64,000 nucleotides of DNA, from positions 1,240,180 to 1,304,179 of the forward strand of contig JAQGDQ010000005.1 in assembly GCA_030141605.1 (NCBI GenBank), given 5' to 3'. The number at the start of each line of letters is the position of its first letter. Within the stretch, counting starts at the first letter, position 1. Origin of the DNA: Tubiluchus corallicola (taxonomy: Eukaryota; Animalia; Priapulida). A program made the translations under genes and the position numbers. The notes beneath the pieces were generated by a model. The model searched no databases, was not told the origin of the DNA, and saw nothing but the letters and a program-made list of their open reading frames with translations. This document shows, piece by piece, positions 11,430 through 23,400 of this stretch.

Positions 11430-14400
11430 CTGTAAACAAAAACCGATTTTATATTTCTGTCAGTATGCCGATCGTTAGGTGCCACAGTCCCCCATCTTCC
11501 ACTAAATTTAAAATAAATGGCGACAAAATATCGACAGTCTTGCTGTCTCATAATTGAGTATATCTGATAGCAACATTAGTATTTTAATTCTCCAAAATGC
11601 ATAGCTGGATTTTAAGTTTTCACAATATTTTTCTGATGTTGTCACCTCTGAGTTGACTTGGCTCTAATGAGTAGGCTTTGATAAGTAACAAAGGTTAGCC
11701 AGTAAAACTGTGATAAATCGGTCTTTGTAGAGTTAGAAAAACTGAAATACAAAAACTGCCCATCAAAAAGGGACAACTTTAAGCATCCTAATGAAGGAAG
11801 TTTTTAAGTTACACTTCGGGGTAAACTATGCCAAGCAGTAAGGGGCATAGCACACAGTAAACATTGTCCTGACAGTCTGCTATGTAATTACCTGTGCATG
11901 ATGACAACTATAAAGCACAGTCACAAATAAAATACAAAACATTAGCCACAGGAATTAGCAATAAAGCTTAACTAACAGCAAAGACAACTAACAGCTGCTA
12001 CTTACTTAAACCATCGGCTTTCATATTCAAAACCATCCTCTTCTCTCTTTTTTCTGCGTTCCCGCTGCAGCACTTCTAAACGATGTTTTTCCGCTTCAGC
12101 AACTTGCACATTTCCTTCTTCCAAAGCCCTAGATAAACACAGATATTACATCAGTATAAATTCCAAGGATTGCACTAACTAAATAAAAATGCTCTAACTA
12201 CACCTTAACCACAATTTTAAGTTGTATGACTCGGGCACAGTTAAAAAATAATAAAACAATGTCGGATACCTTTTTGTAGTAGCAAGTACTAGAATAACAA
12301 AAATCTTAATTCTCGAACTCCAAGCTAAGGAAGCCAGTTCAGCTGCTTACCTCTGATCAGGTCGCAATCTCGTGTCAGTCGGCGGAAGAAACTTTGCCAG
12401 ATCTTCATCCAGTTCATTGAGCTCAATAGCAAAGCGTGTGAACCCATAATATTGTTCAAAGTCTTGTGGCATAGCGCCAGGACGCCAAACACAGCGTGCA
12501 TGTGGCGAAATACCACAATATAAACCCTCATTCCACTTCCCGTAAAGTTCATACACAATTGAACTGTTCACATCCATGACTGATCCGTGCACTTCCGAAG
12601 CTTTCTGAGACCAGTATCCAGCCTACAATAGATTTTTTACATATAAATATACTTTTTAATGCAAAAAATAAGGCAAGAGAAATAAAAACTATAATTCATT
12701 AAGATTTTTTTACCTTAACAAAATCCAATTTACAAAGAACATCAGCGGACTGAATCAGCATTTCACCATATTGGTCAACCCAACGTTGACCACCAAGGAG
12801 ATTATGGATACATGTGGTAACCTTATTCCATTTATAAGTTTCGTTCCACCTAATGACAATAATAACATTAAACATTAGTCATGCTTTAGTAATACAAATC
12901 CCAGTTACTGACTCTGACAACCAGTTCTAAAATAATAGCAAATTGGCACTACTGCAAGAACTGCGACCTACTTCATTTGATACTCTGTTAAACAGATCTT
13001 CAATATAAAACAAATAACAAGCCTAACTGCACCCACCCTGCACAAGACCACATTAAACATAAACGTCAAAATTTTAAGTTTCGTAACTGAGAATTGTAAG
13101 TTCCAGTTCTGACTTTCGACTTATGCAAAAAAGAGTTACAGTGGAGTAAACAAACTTTCAGTACCAAGCATGAATAAGCCATACCACAGAATAGAAAATT
13201 ATATGCTTTGTAGGGTTCATCAATTACAGCACATATTAGCGTCCAGCTGACTTAAAACATCAATGCAAAAATAATTTGAAAAAATGATAAAATACAGCTA
13301 CTTGGAGCTTAAACAGCAGAAATCTTAGCAAACTATTTAGAAAATTAGCACCTTGGCAAGAATACGCTGCAATAACCAATAGGCTGCACCTCCATTGACT
13401 TTCCCCAGAATTTGTTCTTGAAACGAACATCAGCCCAGTATGTAAAATTTTTCGATTCACCATGGCATACTGATACTGGTGGATGATGTGAAACCTGAAT
13501 ACACGTGAATCATAAATTAATGTCATTGTGTTAATAGGTCTGTTATGAAGTCTCTTCTAAAGCCTTACAACTTAAATGTTTGGTACATGGTAGTTAACGC
13601 TTGATGCACAAACTCGCAAACTTTCCAAGTTTTGTTCAGACTAAGACATTATTGAAATGAGGAAGACATTTGACTTATTTTCTTAATTTAACACAGTCTG
13701 AATTAATTTAACCCAGCAATTATTATTAATGAAAATTCAGCACAAATAAATACAAACGTATTAAGACGATGTTAGTTACACGCCGCGTGTTTGCTGTAAG
13801 AAATAATCACCCTAGTAATTTATCATTGGCATTCACCATTGGTACTTATAATTTTAATTTCATTGCACTGTAACAACAACACAACTGGCACAAAATAATT
13901 AACCATAAATTGTTTTTTTCATTTTAATTTTCTTAGTCAAAATTGAATTGCTTCAACTGCTAAATCTCATAAATTTGTATAATCTTTCCGCTAGATAAAC
14001 ATTACAAACGATGATCAGAACAAAAACATGTTGAGAGTGTTAAGCACTTTGCAAGCTACAGTAACTTTTAAAATAAATCTAATAGCTTTTACAACATAAA
14101 AGAATTAAATGCTCATAGCCTTAACATCAAAGACATTAAAAAATCCTATAACGTACCTGTTCTGCAATAAATTGGAAGCCTTTATCTTCACGAATACATT
14201 CATATGTTTCTCCTAGAAGAGGATTGAAAGGTTTTGAACCTGCCCTGTAGTAGGTTGAGGCATATCCCGACACAGCAAATGCAGCCACGTATACCTGCCA
14301 TGATTAAAATACAAGTGACCATTTTAACAAATGCAAGAAATTAAAATTTCTTCTAAACACCATCTGAGATTAACAATAACTGGTTACTGAATAGTAATAA

Positions 14401-17400
14401 GGTCAGAATAACAAGCAATCTTCCTACATATTTTTACTAAAATGCTGTAGTCCTAGGGCATGTTATCTAAGGCAGTTTTCATGATTTAATTTTAGAATTA
14501 CATAAATGCATTTACGTTTCATACCATTCTTTCATAACGATCAATTGTATTAGCAGCTGTATCAAGAAGTTCAGAATATTCTAGATCTTCACAAAGCCTC
14601 TGCAGGGTATTTAGTGGTTCATTCAGAGTTACAGGCATTGAAATTTTTGACAAGTCCTTGCCAATATTACGTCTCAGCAGTGACCACATGTTGAGGCTGG
14701 TCACATCAGGCCTTGGAGCCGGTAAACGTGACCGATGCCCGGTTTTATATTGTGTATCGAAGCTATAGTCGACCGCTAGAAATAAATGAAAAAGGACAGA
14801 AAATGATTTATTAACCCCAAAAAAAAAATCAGAAGAGCAGCAAAAACATTTCTATTTTAGATGCTGTCGTTGTTGTAAATCAAATTATTTTAGAATGCGA
14901 AATAAAAATAATCACACTATATTTCAGCTGAAAAGTTAATTAAAATCAAGCACAAAACATCTAATTGAAAAAAAGCGTGAAACTATTTATCAGGATTAAA
15001 CTTAACTAAGATTTTTTGCTTTATGTTATGGCATTACGAGTTTTATTAACCTTTAATAATGATTTTATCATGAACAATGTTTTGAAAAATTAGATTTATT
15101 GAAGCCAAACAAATATTTGTTTGATGATTCGTTACCATAACAAGCACTGCTATGAAGATTGTTGCTTGTGCTGATTTTTCACAAAATGTTTCTGTCAACA
15201 ATTAATTCTGCAGTTTTCAGATCTCATAACATCAACATCTTGAAAAATTAACTGTTAACTATTCTTTTAAAGTTTGTTACCATTTAGAATTCCAAAAACT
15301 GTTCTACACAGTAACAAAAACATATTCTCTTACTTGTTGGCACAACACTGTAGTCAGTGCCTTCATCGCTTATATCACTTGATATGTCCTCATCTTCATC
15401 ATCATCGGATATCTGTAAAAAACGGGTATCACTCACATAGATAACAAATGCAAAGTTTATCTCAATGAGATGCAATTTTTATTATGATAATTTGTAACCA
15501 TCTAATTATTGGCAATTAACTGCAAGTATCAGACTGAAGCACATAATAATTATTAATTTTGCAACAAATAAAAAGAAATGGAACTTTTGTTCATTTAAAT
15601 GGTTAAACTTGACTAAGTATTTACATAAAACTTGAGCAGTTGCTCTAATGAAAGACTGATATGTGGCCACAGAGAAAAATCTAGCAACTTTAAATAACTA
15701 TCAGAATGAACAAACTAAAAGAATTCATGCTACCTTGGTGATTATTCAGTTTCTCTTGTAATTTAGTAATTTATCCTGCCACGATTAGACTCTAATACCA
15801 CATTTTATGCCTAATGTACCTTGCAGACTGTATGTGGATACACAATGCTGTGCAAAAGCTCGACAACTTTTAAAATGATACGAATAAGCTCTGCATTACT
15901 ATAGCTTACAAACCTCTGAAGCCGTGCTAACATCATCAGTTATGGGGGTTTCCTCAGCATCAAAATATTCTGATGCAGAAGTTGCACTTTCTTGTGAGAT
16001 TGACTGTGATAAATGTCTAGGTAGTTTCTATAAAAAAGTAAACACTGGTGTCATTACAAAAATGAAGACAAAACAAAAATTTCTGTGAAAGTGTTGAAGC
16101 AAATTAGCATCAAGTAATATTCTTGGCTGTCACTAGCTGCTAGATGTAAATAAATCAGCTGAGCAGAAATCAAACAACATGTATGGCAGTCAAGTAAGTT
16201 AATCAATCATCGCCCTCTCTATGGACCCATAGTGTAACAATGACATCATGAACATGAAAATTTCGTATAGTGATGATATTATACAATGGTATAAACATTA
16301 CCAACCAACATTTTACAACAAAAATGGCTAGTTTTAAAATACTAGTTAGAAATGTTTGCTTGATTAGCAAAATCGTCCATAAGGCCACAATTATCTCAAT
16401 TTCATGTGGATCATTTTGATACCAAGCTCATCACTCTATGTTATTTCTAAGCTGAGATGATTCACGTTGAAGTTGAGGTACGTGCTATGCACTTAAAAAC
16501 ATAATCTTGAAAAAAATTGCTGTCAAAAGCTTGTCATTGTTTTTTATTATATTTCTACAAAACACATATGGCAACCACACAAATATTGGTTGCTATGGAC
16601 TTTGCAATACAATGAAGTTATGTTTAAATCCAGTAAATGGCTCTCCCTGACGAAGATCTGGGCTTGGCAACAGAAAAAACCCGAAGCAAAATGAATACTT
16701 CCATGAGCTTACTACAGGAATTTGAAAATACAGGAGCTTTTTGCAGTTCTGGTACTAGTTTCTAGCCAGAAAAGTACGGGGTTATAAAATTACATTTTTA
16801 GTATTTTTTAAACATTTCCTTGATAATTTCATGCTAGAATATAAAAGTCCAATATATTTAGCATTTGTTGTTATAACAAACAAGAAATTGACATTTGACC
16901 AAAATTTTGGTGCATTCTACTTTAAAGCATTATAACGTAGTTTTAACTATGCCGACTTGTGGTTTTGGTTTGCAAGCACACAAATATACAATAGAAGAAA
17001 ATTAAAGTTATTTCAGAATAAACTGTCAGAAATACCGTAAGTTCCAATTGCCTACCTCAACTAGACTATAACCGTCAAAGCCAGTAACTGATACATCAGC
17101 TTCCGTTAGACTGGCTTCTGTATGTATTCTGCTGAGCCGTGTTCTCAAGTCCGTGTTTTGCTGAAGTGCCTAAAAGTATTACGTTTACAAAGCCTACTAA
17201 GTTGAAAGTAAACCTGATTACGAAAAAACGCACAGTAAAAAGAAGATTATTTCTGTGCAGTACACATCATGTTCCATATTTCGTATCTTTGTACAGCGTA
17301 AATTATAAAGGCAACACAATTTTAACAATAATCATGGTTCAGTACTGCTCCTGATATTATTATGTAAATTATCATCAAAACTAACAATAATTCATCACAA

Positions 17401-20400
17401 AAAGCACATTTCAATGGTTAATACCTCAGCTAAAGCCTGTTTTAAACCATTAATGTGAGCTTTACTAGAAGAAGCTACTAGTGGTGAAATGGTTATGGCA
17501 GTAGCTTCATTCTCCAAAACATTGCGAAGCCGCCCTCGTTCATTGCACAATGATCGAAGCAATCCATGCATTTGATTGTGCACTAAGGAAGAAAAAGAGA
17601 ACAGTATGTTAATAACTTGATGCTCAACTATGTGCATCGGGTCCTAAAATCAATGGGACTAGAGCAATGATTGTGCAACAAAGTTTTAACCTGGTGTAAC
17701 AGCACAGATTACGCTCCCTTTAGCACATACCAGAGTTCAGTCTATCCTGAATAAACCCTGGAGTGCAATTTGATGTAGCCTACTTTATACCCTTGGGCAT
17801 AAAGTAGCCTAATCCAAAGTAAACCTCCTTAGGCCAGATTAGAACCCCTATTAAAATCAACAATCAACAATAAAACTGTTTTTAGGAGGGTAATTCTAAC
17901 CTAGACCATTCTACACCTTTGGGTATAAAGTGGCCTAGTCCAAACTATACCCCGGGTATAAAACAGGCCAGATTACGCCCCCTCCAGAATATACGCGGGT
18001 CTAGTTTAGCCTAGCCCAGAATACACCCCCGTGGTGTGATTTGGCCTAGCCTACTTTATACCCATGACCATGTACCCTATAAAAACACATTAATTTTTTT
18101 TGCTTTGGAGTTGCAAATACTACGTGAACAATCACTTTTGTAACTATTAATGAATGTATACTAATGTTAATATTTAATGTAGATAAGCTTTTAGTTGTTC
18201 GGTGCTGAATAAAACAAGTCTTTCATTAATATAGATGTAAAATTATTTTGTACTTGCACTCCTGGAATTACATTTGATACACTATAAGGAATCATGGGCA
18301 AGACCACTTTACTAGCAAACTCGATAAAAATAATAAAAGTAAGATACACGTAATAATAATAAAATAAGTAAATAATAATAAGCTCTTTGATTTGGAAAAG
18401 AACGGGTATATTCTGGACTAAGGGGGTATATTCTAGCCTAGCCCACTTCAGTCACCCAGGAGTATAAACTGACCAAGCCCAACCTAAACCCCGGGTATAA
18501 AACAGCTTAGCCTGGAATAACCCTGGGTATACTCTGGATACAGGATATACTCCAGGCTGTCACAACGAAATTTATTTTATGCCACTCTCGTTACATGGAT
18601 CATACCAAATCTTTATAGTGGATAATAATTATTATTCTTTATTTGTAATGCATAAAAACAGAGCAAATGTAAGTTTACATTACAAAAATTACACAAGTAA
18701 AACACATGTGACAGGTAGCAAATTCCAGTATTATACATTCACCCATTAAGTAAAAAATTAGTATTTATTTCCGAAGTGGACCTAACACATAATACAATAC
18801 ACTAGCAGATTAATACACAGATAACAGTTAACATCTAGTAAACTTATGGTAGAAATGAAGTGGGTAAATGCAGTAAGCAACAATACTATTACTGGTGTTA
18901 CTAGTTCACAGAAGTCAACAAGTGTGTTTATATATTTTAAAAAAATCACTTAGTACAAAATTTCACAAGACATGAATAACAAGACCAGATGCACTACAAA
19001 TTCTAATAATATAATGCTTTTTTGATATCATTGGGCCACATTAAAAGATGTTGTTTTAGATTTGTACCTCATTTCACTTGTGATAGAGTAAATTAGCTTA
19101 ATATGGTTTTCTTCATTACCACAAGTACTGCAATTAAGTTTATAATTACTGCATATGGCACTGTTTGCTAAAGCATGAAAAATGCCACAACTGATTTAGT
19201 TCTACAAAACTAAAATTTTAATATTGATGTAAAGAAATTATTTGCTGTAAGTATAAGAATTCATTTAAAATCAGCAGAAACTCACCCATTTCGGCTAAGC
19301 TGATAAAATCTTCGTGTAGTAAAGAAACATCAGTAGGGCTACCACTATCTGCGGAAGTGGTCATGACTGGCAATACTGGGCTTGATGTGCTTGTATGAAG
19401 CTGATCACTAAAGTCTGATACACGTAATGTGGGCTAAAAAGAGATTTCTTGTGAAATGGTACTTCTTTGAGTTAGTTGTACAAACACATAGTTATCCAGA
19501 TTTATAAGAATTATCCAATATTAACATGTAGTAAAGTAATAATAGTAAATTAATTAACACAATAAGTTAATTAAGCAAGTTTGCAAAATAAACTTGTAAA
19601 GATATTTTACTCATGCCTTAATTTATCTCTGTTTTTAGTCACCAACAAAGTAAGTATAAAGTGTCAATTACAATACTAATCACATTTTGCTAAGTGCCAA
19701 TTTGCTTAACAGAAAATGCAGCTTGTTACGGCTTCCATTTCAGCTCTCACTTTCCCAAATGAATAAAAAAGCTGCATCTGGTGTTCCTTGAACAAGGAAA
19801 ATTTCAACATTGTCGTGTTTTCTACAAATGGCAACTCTGAATAGTAAGAATTTATTGGCTGCAGATTCATCAAAAGTTCAGTAAAAATATCAGTATAATT
19901 TGTTTTTCAGGTTACATAACACTAAAAAGTTTTAATTTTTGAACAATAAGTAAAAGTTTTAACAAAATTGACATTCAAGACCTACAAATAATGGAGATGT
20001 TTAATGATGTTTAATGTTTTATAATGCATTAATAAGGTTCAAAACTAAACTGCAAAAAAGGAAGGGAAATAGCAAAAATGTGGACCAAATGAAAACATAA
20101 TATTACCAGCAAGAATAAAAGTGGAAAACTTCACATTAGCTACATTTTCTATACTAACCATAAAGAATACTAATGTGGCATTATGACAATGACTGTCAAA
20201 TTCATTCCCAAGGATAATGTAATAATTTATCAACCAATGGCTGCAAACAAAAAAGTGTGCATCATTAATTTCCAATTATGTGCGTTAATCTTCTGACTTT
20301 CTCTATTAGATTTTGAAAATCTTGTCCAGCTCTCTTGCTATACACTTACCGATGTTTTATTGATCTCTGAGAAACCAGAAGATTTATCTGAAGAAGCACT

Positions 20401-23400
20401 TGATTCACTCACTCTGTTGCATCTTACAGTCAGTTTTGGTGACTTCTTCACATCTTTTGCTTCTTGACAGGAAACCTATATAAAAATAAATGCACAAATC
20501 CACCTATAAAACACAAAGTTTAAATAAAACAATAACACGAGCCTGGCTTTTTTAAAGTGTTACATTAAAACATTTTATTGTAGACTATAAATTATTTATC
20601 TTCACATAAATACTTTCTGCATTTGCAAGTTTTTGCATTAAACATCACTATCTAAAATAAAAATTGAAATCATTTTCTTAATGTAAAAACTTGAGTATGT
20701 ATAGTCCCTGGATGCTGAAGCAGCACAAACATATGTTGCTAGATTTTTGATCTCATGACCAGGAATATAAGCTCAAACAATTTCAAAAGGCTGCAAACAA
20801 CAGTGAAGTGTGAGTGTTGTTGGTTCGTTATTTTCAGCTTATCGTAGGGGTGAGCATTCTCTATCAAAAAGTGAACTCAAATTCAATTTCAATATTCTGA
20901 ATCCAAATTCAGTTTTAAAGATTTCCGAATAAATTTTTCTATCATACATAAAAGCTGTCTCGCAAAGATCACGTGTAATGCTTGACTTTGTTCTGCAGCA
21001 AAACCACTAATAATTTATTTGAAAATTGTACACAGAAATCGCAATAAATTGTGGTGATTGCAGTTTCAAATGTTCTAATGATAAAAAATATATGTAGTTG
21101 AACTGGTGAATTATTTGAATCCATAACCCTAGCTGCAAATTGAACTTGAATTAAAAAAAAAACTCGTTCGAATGGAAGGCTTCTCTTAGCGACCATAAAT
21201 CAGCACATACATCAAATGTTCTATTTATGGTTTACATATGGTTAACATATGGTTAAAACAATTAGGAAAAAAGTTAAACTCTTACCGTCATCGTGATACC
21301 CCTATCAGTTTGATTTGCCTGCAATTGTCTCAAGATGTTACCCATCTGGAAAATGTTATTTTTCACTGTTGCCAACTCTACACAAAACAAAATGGTATCT
21401 ATAGCCACCTTGCATGACAAGAATCTCCTTCATCAATTATGTATCATTAGCATTACAAGGTCTAATACCCTGCCAAAGGAAACTCTGCTAACCATTTATT
21501 TTCTAATTCCTTCACATAACATCATGCAAAAAATATGCCCCGTTTAGAAAAGATCTATAGGCAATACCTTAGTATTATCTTACATGATCTTAAATGATAT
21601 AAACAACAATAATCAAACTCTCAACACAAAGTCTCAGTCTATTCGAGGTTGCAGTGAACAGTACAATAAATTTGACCACCTTTGCTGACAGTAGTCAGGG
21701 CACTAGTGGATCTTCAGTTATGTCTATCAGTGTGTCTGTCTGTACAGTACAAACAAAATGGATAAAGCCGTAATCACAAACCTTGGCACATGGACATGTC
21801 TGGGTAAAAGCCGAAATTTTATTTAGGTTAGATTTTGTCATTCAAATATCAATGATCGAGGTCATAAGATCAAAAAAATGGCTATAAAATTAAAAAGATG
21901 AAGCTATAATGACTAATTTGGAACAGGGACAGGTATGGGCAAGTGTGCGGCCAAGACAAGCAAACCTACTCAAGGAAATACCAGAATTTACACGGTAACC
22001 TTTTTTCAATAACTGACCTTTATTATAAGTTTCTATTCCCGCAGATTCTTTGACCCACATTGTTAACTTGCCATGATCTTGAATGATACTAGATTTACGA
22101 CAAAACTCCGGCTTCTCCTCCAAAGGAAATACTACAATAAAGAAAAAATACTTACAATGGAGTGAAATTTACCAACAAGAAAACTCTTGTAGGAAGAGAA
22201 GGTAGGAAGCAAAAGCTGTTGATCTACATCTCGTCAAACTGGTATGAAAGAAAAAGGAATTCACTATTATGAGATGAAATAAATGTTAATCTTTAAATTA
22301 AGATACTAATAATTAGTGACTATTTTTTTAAAAACAACAAAGAAACTAGCACAGAAATGAAGTGAAGGTTAAAATTGCATGACTGTATGTACACATACAT
22401 AGTTTAAACTAAAGCACTCTAAGTTGTATTGTTTGGTTAAAAAACTGTATTACATGTTTTTTCAGATTTGTGAAATTTTGTGAAGTTTGTTTGTGAAATC
22501 TTTACAAACAAATGAAAACTTTTACACAAGCGTCTCTCATGCAGTTTGCAAGCACAATGGGTTTCATTAAATTTGAAAAGAGCAAAAACTTTAAAATGTA
22601 ATACAGCGCATATCACGTAATAAATGTTTGAGAACGCGAAGCACAAAAATCACATCAAAACACATTCAGATGTACCACAGAGTTACTCAACATCACAAAT
22701 TCGACTTATGGCAATAAACACAATTCATAATGCAAAATTTGAAAGATGGAGAAAAAAGACGTTTCATTTAATAATACCGGGAGAAGCTATGTCTTTAATT
22801 GGTGACTGTATGTCAGTCAAACGTGGTGCTTCGTGGCTTCCATATGATAACTCGTGTTGTCTATATAACCGATGATGACGCAGCTGTTTTACCCATATAT
22901 CAAACTGTTGTGCATTTTTTTCCTGTCAGTGAACAAACAAACAGTAAAGATTATACGCTTTTACACACTTTTTGTTACACTCTCCATTTAAGCCTATTTT
23001 TAGTATAACTTAAATTTTGAAAATACATTTAAAAAACAAGATCAGTTTGTCAATCTTTAGAATCACTATAAAACAATCACTAATTAAAACTAATTAAAAG
23101 CCGTAAACTGTGATAATAATCTCCAGAAGCACATGAACAAACTAGACTAGGAAGACTGGCTCTACTATTACGGCAAACTACTCAGTTACCTAAGGTGCTA
23201 AATTTTTGGGGGCACCAAATTCTGTAGTTTCTAATGTATGTACAAAGCAGCAGAGTTGTGTAAGTGCTTACAGTAATGACCCTACCATTAAAAAGTTCTT
23301 AAAAAAGCATTTATTTAATTATGTCAGATAAATCTATAAGAGTCAGTCTTTGGGAGTGGAATATAGGAAACGAAAAATAAAAAAGCCGACCAGTGGCAAC

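Noticed and set aside
13811-13867. AG/GT-bounded segment on - within the EQ|VSHHPP intron
   Set aside because: Weak polypyrimidine tract and in-frame stop; no supporting evidence beyond dinucleotides
16646-16690. CTGACGAAG..TCTG/CAGA..CGAAGC resembling a Penelope-type hammerhead
   Set aside because: GAAA core not intact or adjacent to stem II, and no closing stems visible
22172-22223. Possible extra OSBPL mini-exon
   Set aside because: Would leave an intron of about 40 nt; flanking exons already join in phase
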